Positions 1-12,759 of a stretch of DNA of 64,000 nucleotides are shown here, piece after piece. Both the position numbers and the translations under genes were made by a program. Position 1 is the stretch's first letter. Each line of letters starts with the position of its first letter. Location of the stretch: NCBI RefSeq assembly GCF_006345805.1, contig NC_043004.1, positions 31,372,001-31,436,000 on the forward strand, read 5' to 3'. The DNA comes from Octopus sinensis. Lineage: Eukaryota. The notes beneath the pieces were generated by a model that searched no databases, was not told the origin of the DNA, and saw only the letters and a program-made list of their open reading frames with translations.

Positions 1-1025
1 TTTGGTTAATGTTGGATTAAACTTATAATTTGGAGAAATGGTTTTACTGTTATGTCTGTAGATAGTAGCACAATGAAGTGTATGTGAAAGAGAAAGAAGA
101 ATGAGAGAGAACGCTATTCTGCAATTTTAAAAATTAATGCTAACTCACAATGAATTAAAATTAATTTTCTGCTATTGAAATCTTCAGTAGTAAAAAATTC
201 TTGAAAATCACATTTTGATAAAAAAAAAAAATATACTAAAATTAGAATTTTCACCCATTTTCTAGACAGTGTAGACTTTAATAATTGCTTTCTTTTAGTA
301 AAATGACATACTCCCAACAAATTAAGCAGCTTTCTTCGTTAGATATAAATTGTAATTTAACAAATGGTTAGTCGTTGTTGCATAAGCTTTGATAAAAATG
401 ATCAAACCATATGGTCAAAAATGATCCAACCATAACAAGCCATATTTCTGGACATATATTATCTGAGATTACCTTATTTGTTTTTTTTTTCTTCTTTTTC
501 TTTCAATAGATTGCGATTTGAGGAAGATTTGAATTTTAGTCTTTTTTTTTTTTTTTTTTCCCATTGCAAGTCAAGTCACCATATAGAAGTCCCTAATCCA
601 ATACATCAGTTAATTATAAGATCTAATTTAAAACAGTTTGTGTGTGTGTTGAATGAGAATATATAAAGATATATTTGCAATAAAAACTGAAATTGTGGAA
701 AGCCATGGATGCTAGCTAAAAACGCAATAATGTCTGCTAGTAACTGAATTCAACTGAAGTTATCATCTGAAATATTATCTGAAAAGTTGCAACTTTAAAA
801 TACTAACATATTTTGTATTGCATATTTTTCTTCTCTGCATTATACCACTAAGAATAATTAATACTTTTTAATTTCAGCAAAATATTTATTCACATTTTAA
901 TTAACCTTTTAAATTTATTTATTTCAAGGGACACACTTTAATTTTAACAAAATTATTACAATTTAACTCTCCACTCTGTTCTTGGCATGTTCTGTATGTA
1001 TAAATAATATACATTCTTTTTTTAG

Positions 1026-1055
1026 GCCTTGCTGTCACCATCGGAGAGAAGTGGG
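1026..1055 (+). CDS. Candidate 30-nt internal exon of an unidentified upstream gene (phase 0: ALLSPSERSG; phase 1: (G)LAVTIGEKW(G))
   Basis: Pyrimidine-rich acceptor ACATTCTTTTTTTAG ending at 1025; GC-richer 30-nt block; GTATAT donor at 1056. No homology recognised. Confidence 0.3.
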
Positions 1056-1208
1056 GTATATATAAATATGTTTATATAATCTTTGACATATTTAAATTGC
1101 CTTTTCTTTTTTTGCATGGGTTTAAAGTTGTGTTTTAACACGCTGCGAGTCAGTGTTTCAGGTTTCCATTAGTTGGAAACTATCCCTGTCTTGCACAGTT
1201 TATATAAG

Positions 1209-1209
<1 letters not shown>

Positions 1210-1264
<55 letters not shown>

Positions 1265-1319
1265 GTATATATATATATTGTATATATATATATGTATATA
1301 TATATATGTATATATATAG

Positions 1320-1354
<35 letters not shown>

Positions 1355-1355
1355 G

Positions 1356-1452
<97 letters not shown>

Positions 1453-1505
1453 GTATATATATATATGTATATATATATATGTATATATATATATATGTAT
1501 ATATG

Positions 1506-1578
<73 letters not shown>

Positions 1579-1761
1579 GTATATATATATATTATATATA
1601 TATATGTATATATATATATATGTATATATATATATGTATATATATATATATGTATATATATATATGTATATATATATATGTATATATATATATGTATATA
1701 TATATATGTATATATATATATGTATATATATATGTATATATATATATGTAATATATATATG

Positions 1762-1793
<32 letters not shown>

Positions 1794-1798
1794 TATAT
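1210..1798. repeat. ~590 bp (TA)n microsatellite with periodic G interruptions
   Basis: Directly visible; source of the spurious YI-repeat ORFs. Confidence 0.98.
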
Positions 1799-2448
1799 AG
1801 TGTTGCTTGTAACTTTTTCCTCTTTTTATAGCATTCTGCTATTTCTTAAAATGGCATATTTTTTTCTTAAAATTTCTATTCAAAATTAGTTGTAATTTTC
1901 ACAAATAATTATGTAAATGAAATAAGTAATCTTTTAATTTTTAGTTGAGCAAATACTTTGCTAAACTGCATGCTAAAACATAAGGGTTTTAACTGTGTTG
2001 TATTCTTCATCACTTTGTCTTTCTATTAGATGGAAGGCAGTGGTTTTTCTCTTTTTTTCAATGCAACCTGAATTTTTAGTTTCTATATTAGTTCTATATT
2101 GTAAAGATAAACAAAAAATTATTTTGGCACTTTTAGCCTCTGTCTTTTTTATTTCGAAGTATGAAATATGTACAAGGCTCCAGTGGTAATGATTCCGAAT
2201 GCTGTCAGATGGGTAGAGAGTAGGGAAGAGAATTAAACCTGGAAAAGGGAGATGGGTATAGGATTGTTGTAAGCTTATCGAAACTGTCACATGAGTGGAT
2301 ATTGTCTTTTAATGATGGAATTGGTTTTGAGAGTATCAAGTCCAGCCAATCACTAATTTGTGTTCAGTGCTTTTATTTCCCATAACCAGCTCAGTGACTG
2401 GTTATGGGAAATAACCAATAATTATGACACACACATATATATATATAT
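1799..2448. repeat. Copy 1 of a near-identical ~650 bp tandemly duplicated segment
   Basis: Matches 2714-3362; identical ORFs 1973-2290 and 2887-3204 (offset 914). The only difference I found is a 1-nt T indel. Confidence 0.95.
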
Positions 2449-2488
2449 GTATATATATATATGTATATATATATATGTATATATATAG

Positions 2489-2523
<35 letters not shown>

Positions 2524-2524
2524 G

Positions 2525-2621
<97 letters not shown>

Positions 2622-2674
2622 GTATATATATATATGTATATATATATATGTATATATATATATATGTATATATG

Positions 2675-2713
<39 letters not shown>
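2436..2713. repeat. (TA)n array with G interruptions, shorter version of 1210-1798
   Basis: Same interruption pattern, including the TATAGTATA marker. Confidence 0.95.
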
Positions 2714-2714
<1 letters not shown>

Positions 2715-3362
2715 GTGTTGCTTGTAACTTTTTCCTCTTTTTATAGCATTCTGCTATTCTTAAAATGGCATATTTTTTTCTTAAAATTTCTATTCAAAAT
2801 TAGTTGTAATTTTCACAAATAATTATGTAAATGAAATAAGTAATCTTTTAATTTTTAGTTGAGCAAATACTTTGCTAAACTGCATGCTAAAACATAAGGG
2901 TTTTAACTGTGTTGTATTCTTCATCACTTTGTCTTTCTATTAGATGGAAGGCAGTGGTTTTTCTCTTTTTTTCAATGCAACCTGAATTTTTAGTTTCTAT
3001 ATTAGTTCTATATTGTAAAGATAAACAAAAAATTATTTTGGCACTTTTAGCCTCTGTCTTTTTTATTTCGAAGTATGAAATATGTACAAGGCTCCAGTGG
3101 TAATGATTCCGAATGCTGTCAGATGGGTAGAGAGTAGGGAAGAGAATTAAACCTGGAAAAGGGAGATGGGTATAGGATTGTTGTAAGCTTATCGAAACTG
3201 TCACATGAGTGGATATTGTCTTTTAATGATGGAATTGGTTTTGAGAGTATCAAGTCCAGCCAATCACTAATTTGTGTTCAGTGCTTTTATTTCCCATAAC
3301 CAGCTCAGTGACTGGTTATGGGAAATAACCAATAATTATGACACACACATATATATATATAT
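2714..3362. repeat. Copy 2 of the tandemly duplicated segment
   Basis: Matches 1799-2448. Confidence 0.95.
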
Positions 3363-3402
3363 GTGTGTGTGTATGTATGTATATATATATATATATATAT
3401 AT

Positions 3403-3710
3403 AGTAGGAGCACTCTGTTGGTTGTGACGACGAGGGTCCCAGCTAATATGATCAACGGAACAGCTTGCTCGTGAAATTAACGTGCAACTGGATGAGCACT
3501 ATGTACCCTTAACACGTAGTTCTCGGGGAGATTCAGCATGACACAGAGTGTGACAAGGCTGACTCTTTGAAATACAGGTTCGACCCATTTTTGCCAGCTG
3601 AGTGGACTGGAGCAGCGCGAAATAAAGTGTCTTGCTCAAGGACACAACATTGAACTCACAACCTTACAATCATGAGCCGAATGCCCCTAACCACTAAGCC
3701 ACGCACCTTC
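3403..3710 (-). mobile_element. tRNA-derived SINE sharing a ~180 bp 3' domain with the SINE at 8752-9137
   Basis: Minus strand begins with a tRNA-like head (GGCTTAGTGGTTAGGGG...GTGAGTTCAA). Segment 3403-3580 is highly similar to 8752-8935. Confidence 0.8.
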
Positions 3711-4404
3711 ATATATATAAATATATATAAATATATATATATATCTATATAGTTTACCATTAAGGTAGGATCAACAAAAAAAGTACTCAATCCAGTGAGA
3801 AATAAATGTCATTTAATGTGCACAGTATTAAAATGTGCTACTAATAGTTTCTTGCCATGGAGACACAAGGCATGTTATACAAATCTGCTTATTTATATTG
3901 TGTGTGTGTGTATAGTGAATAGATAGTGATGAAGTATCTAGGCAGGTACTGTTCAAGCACTCAGTTATAATCCAAGTTATGGCTAACCACATCAAGTGGT
4001 AATGAACACCTAGGATTACTTGCGGTAAACAATCGCAATGTATTTCATCTGATGGGTAAATCCTGAGCTCACTTTGCTGGATTATAAATAGTTTACCAAG
4101 TGTGTATTCAAGACAATTACAATGAATATGGAGATTAATACATCTGCATATTTTTTTTTCTACAGTCAGTTATACAGCATATTTGATCTAAATGTGTCCA
4201 ATGTATGTTTCTGCAGTTAATCCCTAGTTTAAAACCCAGTCACAAAAATGAAAAAAAAAATACTATAATAGATCTAAAACAAAGTGTAGTAAATGAATAT
4301 GGAAAAAAAATGCATCTAAATAAAAAATTTGCAGTAGTATATCAGTAACAATAAGGTTAGTCAGAAGGACTGAAGGAATTGTTCCTTAGTTTATTTATAT
4401 ACAG

Positions 4405-4440
4405 GTGCAGAAAGTCTTCAAATTTTTCCAAGGAAATTAA
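4405..4440 (+). CDS. Candidate terminal coding exon of an unidentified upstream gene (phase 0: VQKVFKFFQGN*)
   Basis: Acceptor TTATTTATATACAG ending at 4404; stop TAA 4438-4440; AATAAA at 4445-4450. Protein not recognised. Confidence 0.3.
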   Translation: MQKVFKFFQGN

Positions 4441-5204
4441 ATTAAATAAAACATTTACATCATCACATTTAAGAATTTGTCATCTTGCTCTTCAGAATGT
4501 TTGTGCTTTTACAGTAGAGGCACAAGCATTCTCAAACACGAGATGACAAATTCTTAAATGTGGTGGTGTAAATATTTTGTTATTTTATTTCATTTCATTT
4601 TCTTAGAAAAATTGAAGACTGTGTATAAATAAATGAAGGAATAATTACTTATTTCTTCTAACCATACAATGAATGTTTATAGTTAACCTGTGGACTTTGA
4701 AATTATTTTCTATCATTAAATAAACAATTGTAACATGTTACTGCTTCAGTCAGATCTGAATTTTAAAGAATTATTATTTCTGCTTTCACACAGTAACTAT
4801 TTATCATCAGACTATTTGGAACCTACTATTACTTCTAACATGCTCTGACATGATTATAATTTCAATTAAACTGTGCTACTATATCCATTTTAATCCTCCA
4901 GAAGTGTTAGATCCTGTGTCTTTAATGATTCACTGTTTACACGCACACATTTAGCATATTGCGTTTCTGTATTTGAACTCAGTTTAAGTCAATGCTAATA
5001 TGATTAATCAGTATCTTTCTACTTGTGAAAGCCACCCTACATATATCTCTCTACTTGGACACCTGTATCTACTATTTCCCCTTGTGGTACTGTTTTCTGT
5101 TTGTTGCTTTGGTGGATCTTAACTTCTAAATCTACATACTTCAGGTTTACATTTCTACTCATTTCTCTTTTGTAGTTCTTTATGTGTCTCTGTTCCATTA
5201 TCAG

Positions 5205-5480
5205 TGAAGTTGTGTAGCCTAATGGTTGGATGTTCAGCTCGTTATGATAAGGTGGCTTCACTTCCTTGACTAGGTGATATGTGTCTTTGAGCAAGGCCTT
5301 TCATTTCACATTTCTTCACTCTACACTGTTGTAAATGAGTACCTTCCAGCTACTGGGACAAACCTCTTTTCCTTCTACTGTTACATCTTGGATGTTCCAT
5401 TGGATCATAGATCAAGGGCCAAAAGGGTGTCTGTTTCAGCTCACAACTGCATAAACATATTTAGCAAAAGCACAACAGAT
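5205..5480 (+). mobile_element. Degenerate tRNA-derived SINE
   Basis: A-box-like TAGCCTAATGGTTGG, followed by GTGTCTTTGAGCAAGG and GTAAATGAGTACC motifs typical of SINE cores. Confidence 0.55.
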
Positions 5481-8400
5481 GTCAGTTTTTGAGTCTCTTA
5501 TAACCTCAGTCCAGTAATTGTAGCCAATTCTACTATTCTTGTCACAAAATATATATTATGCATTGTGTTTCTTAAAAGGGTTGGATATGATTGTTTTCCA
5601 TGCTAGCATGGGTTGGGTGGATCATCAGTGTCTGCATCAACTCTTCATAGTTATTGTCTTCCTAGATGGATTGAAGGACCACATTTCACTTGAACATTAA
5701 ATATGGTATGGTTTCTATAGCTGGATGCCCTTCCTGTAACCAACTACTCTACAAAAGTGTACTGGGTACATTTTATCATGACCTCAACAACACAAGACTA
5801 AGGTTGATCTCCACTCTAACTTTCTCCAACCTATTTACAATGTGATGAGTGCATCTTATCATGGCACTCCTTGCACCCTACATTGTCTCTGTCTATACAA
5901 GGCAATGTACTAATAGGGTGGACAGAAAAATAACTAAGATGAAAAGAAGAAAGAAGTGAGAATGTGGAGGGCAAGACAGGGTGATTGGAATGACAGCTGG
6001 AAGAAGAGAGGAAGGAATAACAGAAGAGATAGTATTATTAAAAAATTTGAAAGTTGTATATGATATTTCAGAAATAGTATATAAAAGTGTCAAGATACAT
6101 TTAGTGGGTGTGTGTCTCTGTTTGTACATCATTCTCTTCACAGTGGGATTTCAGTTTCAGCTAATGATTTTGGTCAACATTTGGTATTACAGATCGAAGA
6201 GAACTATTGATTTATAGGTCATCTATGTCTTTTGCTTCAGATGTTCAGAACAACTTTGTTAAACTTTAATTTCGACTTCAACAATGCATTTAAATGTAAA
6301 TAATTACGACCAAATATTAATGAGGTTAAGAAATGTGTAAGCTTATCTCTTTGAAAGTTTATCTTCCACTCTAATTGAGCAGATTATATTTACTACATAG
6401 CAAGATAGTAGCTTGGTTTGTAAGAACTTAAATTCTAGGGCAGATCAAAATAGAATAATCTTAATTGCTTGTTAGCTTTCCTTTGGGAAAATATTAGAGC
6501 TTTTGGTAAAGGATTGAATGTTGCAAATACCCAATTTTATCTGTTTTGTTATATTGCTGATTCCCACCTACTCAAGGAATAGCAAAAATACTAAACAAAA
6601 TTCTTAAGACCTCAGTGTTCCAAATTAAAATTTGTCTCTAAATATATTTATATGAAGGACATCTCCTCTAGCTGGTTAACGCTACACAGCTAAAACAGTG
6701 TTATGTGTATGTGTTTTATGGAGTCGAAAACTGAGTTGCCAATTTTGACGTATGAGGTATCAAAAGAATCAGTAATCTTTTGGCTACCAAACGAAGTATG
6801 TTTTTTGCACAACTCTTTTTTACCTTGTAAACAAGGTCAGGTTACACAATTTTGAGGTAATTTTCAGGCAATATTTGGATTTACTTCTAAAGTACGTCGC
6901 CAATTTTAAAGTTTCCAGTGTCAAAAAATGCAGCAATGTACAAGGAGTGTTACGACTGCATTTGTGATGCACAAAACCCTATCTGTCAATGGAAAATGAC
7001 CAAAATACCATACTTTTTTGGAACAATTATTGGCACATTTTCTGTCAATAATGGCCTTGCTGCCACAACTAAACTGCCATTGTAAATGTCTTCAGTATTC
7101 TATGATTAAACAATGTCTTTGAAATATTGTGATTGCTTTTGGGATTACTACTGAAAACAATTTGTCCATGTAGATTTTCTTGGTAGCAAATGACTCAGGA
7201 ATGCCAAACAAGCATACTCATGTTTAAATTCAATAAAATTTCCCCAAGGATTAAATGAAGCAATGACTAAAACCTTTCAAGCTTTTTTGCCTTTAACATT
7301 TTTTCTCTTTATTCAACCCAATTTATGCAAAGTTGTTTATCGTTATTAGTATATATTCATTCTATAAGCTGCAAAGTTCGTAAGGATTTTGCTACAATCT
7401 CCCTTTTTTCACATTGGCTGAATGAACATTTACTGTAACACGGGTGATGCAATGGAAAACAAATATCTGACCTGATAACCTCAGTGAAGACAACAACAAC
7501 ACTGGACATTTGTGTGAGGGCAAATTAAGGTTACATACACACATGAGTTTGCCTACAGTGCATATCCCTTCATTGGTTGGGATGCACATCGTGTTCACTG
7601 ATTGGTACTATTTCAAATCAGTTTTTCCTTATCAGAGACACATGTACTGCAATACCAGTTGGTCATGGTGTTATTGTTATCAACGACCCAGGCAATACTG
7701 GAGTGCATTGTGTATTGTGTGTATGTTTTGCTTGAACTGGAAAATTGAGTATCTTACTATAATGAACAATAAGTCCATCTGTCTGTCTGTTCCCTCTTCA
7801 CAGTCAAATGGCTGGACCAATGGTCACAATGTTTTTCGGGATTGTGAAGGAGGTAATCAGGAAGGTCTTTAGTGAAAAAAAATGTGAATAAGTATGATTA
7901 TTTAGTGGATATTGAGTTTTGTATTAATAAATCACTTTTGATTTTTGTTGTTAAAATTCTGGCAAGGATTAACTCTGGATCCCCCCCTCCCCTGTATAGT
8001 TTGTGAATTTAGAGTGCTTAGATTTGCAATAGTTTCCCTTTATTTCCCATTGTAGATGGCTGATTTGCCATCTTACTATAATGGGTATTGTGTTATGTCT
8101 GTCTATAGTCACTTTGTCTGTTCCTTCTTCACAGCCAGATAGCTGGACCAAGGGTTACAATATTTTTCGGGGTTACAAAGACAGTCATCAGGAAGGTTTT
8201 TAGCATTAAAAAAATCAGAAAGTAGGATTATTTCATGGATATCGATTTTTGAATTGATAAACCACCTTTGCATTTTCATTAAAGATTCACTGACTACGAG
8301 TGACTCTGGATTTTCATCGTTATAGTTCGTGGCTCCATTGTAGATAAGAAGGGAATCACGAAGACAGTTAATAGTGAAAATAAAATGGAAAAGTGTGCAT

Positions 8401-8751
8401 CAATATATAGTGTATGTGTGGTTATTTAGTGGTTATTGAAGTGTGTCAGTCTGGAGCAGGATTCAAAATGGCTAATCAAAGCAGCTGTTGTTTACATCTC
8501 AGTTTTGTCAATCAAAATTACCCATGGTACCAGAACATCCAAACATTATTTGCATAGAACAGTGAGAGGTAAGTCTTAGTTTGATTTTTTTTTGCAACCC
8601 TAAAGAATCTGCTCACGCATGCAGAAAATATCATCTACAAAGAAGTTTTGTAATCATACTGATTTTATCAAAAGGAATCATCATCATCATCATCATCATG
8701 ATTCGTAATTTAAATAAGAAAATTTGTGAACTTTGAATGTATAAGAGAATA

Positions 8752-9137
8752 GTAGGAGCACTCCGTCAGTTACGACGATGAGGGTCCCAGCTGATACGAT
8801 CAACGGAACAGCTTGCTCGTGGAATTAACGTACAAGTGGCTGAGCATTCCACAGACACGTGTACCCTTAATGTAGTTCTCGAGGAGATTCAGCATGACAC
8901 AGAGTGTGACAAGGCTGGCTCTTTGAAATACAGGTACAACAGAAACAGGAAGTAAGAGTGAGAGAAAGTTGTGGTGAAAGAGTACAGCAGGGAACACCAC
9001 CATCCCCTGCCGGAGCCTCGTGGAGCTTTTAGGTGTTTTCGCTCAATAAACACTCACAATGCCCGGTCTGGGAATCGAAACCGCGATCCTACGACCGCGA
9101 GTCCGCTGCCCTAACCACTGGGCCATTGCGCCTCCAC
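8752..9137 (-). mobile_element. Young full-length tRNA-derived SINE with intact A/B boxes and an 11-bp TSD
   Basis: Minus strand reads GTGGAGGCGCAATGGCCCAGTGGTTAGG...GGTTTCGATTCCC; CpGs retained; ATAAGAGAATA at both 8741-8751 and 9138-9148. Confidence 0.9.
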
Positions 9138-9513
9138 ATAAGAGAATAAACAAGTGTTAAATAGTGTAAACCACTAAGATAAAAGTATATTTAAATAACA
9201 TTGTTTTGCTTAATAGTTTTTATGTAGTGGTCGAAGGAAGCTCTGGATTTCGTTAGGAGTGGTCCACGTAACCATTCATGATACAGAGGCTGGGAGCCTA
9301 TTTCAGTTTGGGAGTGAATCATCATCACATGTCACTTAGCTGCAATAGAACATTGTATCACCAACAATAATGGGATCTCTTAAGACATCACCCAGTAATC
9401 TTTCAAGTCCATTTACACATTTGTCAATACATACTGCTATTATGACTTGCCTCCATTGTAGATTGGTAAATTTGCTAGTATATATATATAATACAATGTG
9501 GCTATAGATCATA

Positions 9514-9545
9514 ACACCCTGACAGCGCCAGGGTGTATTGCTAGT
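9514..9545 (+). mobile_element. Helitron-like 3' terminus
   Basis: 8-bp hairpin ACACCCTG-acagcgc-CAGGGTGT, 4-nt spacer, CTAG (9541-9544), then T. Confidence 0.55.
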
Positions 9546-9936
9546 GCTATATAATTTCAACTTGTAACAACCAGAGGCTTGCCCATTTTCTTTGCAACAC
9601 GTCTGCGTCAGCTCAATTCTTCTCCCGACTCAAAGCACGTCGGATGTTCACATGCGCTGCGCTCATGTTTAGGCATAATTTCCCCCTGTTGGTCACGTAA
9701 TTAACAGAGAAAATTATCTGAGTTGGACACCTTGTGTTTACAGTCAGCGTTCAAAGACCAATATACCAAAAAAACCATGTGGTGAATGATTTTGTAGGCA
9801 GTTAAATCACCTTATATAGCAAAATAATAGACTGGCCAAGTTTGTTTGTTATGGTAGAACGCACATGTCACTTTTGACTGTTTTGGATTGTATACAACAA
9901 TGACAAACTACCTGATAACACAGTATAATATCTGCT

Positions 9937-10150
9937 GGGTGTAGGCTTTTGCAAAGACATTTTTTTAAGTTATATGATTTTAAGAATCAGTGTGAAATTT
10001 TTAAAATGTAATTTTTATATCAAAGGAAAGTGTGATGGATCTGCTTATTATTTAACAATCATTGGAATTGAAAAAATGTGTTGTTCCCTGTTAAATTATA
10101 CAAAATATATGAATTTTCAAAGAGGGTGTAGACTTTTGCAAGCCACTGTA
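9937..10150 (-). mobile_element. Solo Tc1-like terminal repeat with inner direct repeat (IR/DR type)
   Basis: Minus strand begins TA-CAGTGGCTTGCAAAAGTCTACACCC at 10150; a similar GGGTGTAGGCTTTTGCAA lies at 9937-9954. No partner TIR seen. Confidence 0.55.
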
Positions 10151-12712
10151 GCTGCACCAGAAAAAATACACTTAAAAAAAGATAACTTTTTCTCCTTATC
10201 ATCATCATCATCTGTTTAACATCCACTTTTCCATTCTTGCATGGGTCAATGGAATTCATTGAGGCAGATTTTCTGTAGTTAGGTGTCATTCCTGTCACCA
10301 ATCCTCACTTGTTTCCATTCAAAGTAATATTACCCCATGGACAGGTATGCGTTTATGAAAGATTGAACACAAACACCACCACTTATATGACTAACATTTA
10401 TTTGCAACTCTCACACTATGTCAAGATGAGATACATATACTCATACATATACAAGAGGTTTCTTCCAGTTTCCACTTACCAAACCCACTTATAAGGCTTT
10501 GATCAGCTCAGGTTTATAGTATAAGATGCTTGCCTAGGTTTTTAGTATAAGATACCATGCAATAAGACTGAACCTAAAATCATGTGGTTAGGAAGCAAAT
10601 TTCTTAACCATTCAGCCATCCCTGCACCTATCAGGCTGTTTATCAATTATATTCTCTTAGCTACAATGGATTGTTCCAGCTGGTATGAGCAACCTATGGA
10701 TTATTCCAACTGATAAAGTAGATAATTACCAAGAGTGAGGATGATGAACAAAACAAGGAAGGACAATTCCTGGTAAAGAGTGAATTAAAAACAAACATAT
10801 TTCTGCACTTTTTGAAGAAGGTAAGCTCTTGAGGAAGAAACTGTCCATGGCTTTTTCAGACCATGCAAAGGCAACAATAGACATCTTATATTGTACAACC
10901 ATTTATGGATAACAGTCAATAATAGACATAATGGACAAAGAGAACTGATAAAATTATAGGTTTGTGAAAGTAGATCAATCATGTAGTATCAATGCAATTT
11001 TAAATGTTCTTAGTTAAACTATTTGCTGTGTTAACATTGTAAATCTGATTCACATAGGCTTATCAGAGGAAAACAATGAATGAAGAAATTATATTTTTGT
11101 AACATACTTAATAGAGGTTAATACCATTTACTTTTGGAGATCTGTTTCACAAGAGGTACTGCTTTTCACCTTGTCAGGTCTATCTCCTTGACCATGGGTG
11201 ATGCTAATCTTAATCATGTGAAGACTAATATATACAGAAAGAACATTAGCAAGACAAGGAGGGTAATTCCAGATGGTTGCAGTTCTGTGAAGAAAGACTG
11301 ATTTAAGTATTTATTGTGAGGGTTGGTGGGGGGGGGCAAGAGCGAGACAATTGAATAACATAGGATTGGTATATCAAGGATGTGCAGTGAGGACTAGAAG
11401 CTGTTAGCGATAGGAGAGGAAAAGAGAGGAAACTGTGTATCTGTAGGAACCTGTAGTCAAATTGTATTGGTAATTGAATCATTGTTAGTCAGTTAAATAA
11501 TCTTCTTTGTGGATGTTATCAAAACGTGTGTATTTGTGTGTGGAGTGGCTGAATAGTCCAGTCAGATATAGGCCCAATAAAATATGGCTTTGTTATGGAT
11601 GTGATGTGGAATAGCTGTACCCTCCCAGATATAGGGCTAGTATTCCAATATGGGATTTGCTTCAGCCTTAGGCCAGCAACTGATTAGGACTGAAGTATTT
11701 CCTGGACCTAAAGAGGCTTTTTATAATTTCTATTTTTTTAATTTTTTATGTGACATAGTTTTATAATCATGTTATATATGCAGAGTCATGATTATCAGAC
11801 ACTGTGTGGGATTTAGTTGCATTCAGGACTGTTTCCTTGTGTGTGTAATGATAAGAGACTGGCTTGTTATATCTTTGTTGAAGGATGTTATCAGGTGTCA
11901 TTGCTCTGGAAAACTGTGTATGTGGTGAGATGTTAAAGTGTGCATGACACATGTTTACAAAATATTAGTTGTTAGAGAGGACAGCAAGGGGGTAATTAAT
12001 GCACAGGAGAAAATATTTGGGGCATAAGTAAAATTTAGGTAGTGTACCCTCATGGTTCGGATATCAAGGTTCAATTCCTGGACCTTGCCTGATTCAACTG
12101 TTGTCTGAGTCCCTATTGCCATTAAAGCAAGACTTTGAGGGAATTGGTCAAACAATATTTCTTGGATTGTATCTCAAGTGAATCCAAAGGTCAACAGTGA
12201 TCTAACAGCACTTATCAAAATTCCTAGTTCAACTATCTTTCTTGGATAACCACATCCAGATGTCACTGTTTCATATTTAAAAATCAATACATAATGATAA
12301 TTCCATTTTCTTAAAATTTTTTTTAAAAAAAGCCTTTTCATCTTATTTTTGGTGTTTAGTCTATAGTTTTATTAGCTCTATCAGAGTGCATGAATCTCTG
12401 CAACAGTTCATAGTTCTCTTATTCTGCATGTTTGTGTATATTCTTGCATTCTGTAAATATTTCATTGTTCAGTTAGTGGGGACTATGCTAAAACACTCCA
12501 CAGATATAACCATTTTATTTTCTAGCCACACATTCTTTGTGTGTATTAACTGAATGACAAGGGAGCCTCTTGTCATTCAATAAATTCATATTGCACTCTT
12601 TACTTGCCTAAATAAAGCTTTATTCTGAAACACATGTACATTGAGTTTTAACAACAGGTTATTAGTATTGCCATGCCTAAGCAAAGTCATAAGGTGTGTG
12701 TGTGTGTGTGTG

Positions 12713-12755
<43 letters not shown>

Positions 12756-12759
12756 TATA

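Noticed and set aside
1153-2822. Long YI/IY-rich ORFs (up to 215 aa)
   Set aside because: Translations of (TA)n microsatellite, which lacks stops in several frames; not genes.
1973-3204. Identical ORF pairs (105 aa and 64 aa) suggesting paralogous genes
   Set aside because: A by-product of the tandem duplication; no recognisable homology or splice structure.
9060-9137. tRNA-like sequence with A and B boxes
   Set aside because: It is the head of a TSD-flanked SINE; no complete cloverleaf acceptor stem recognised.
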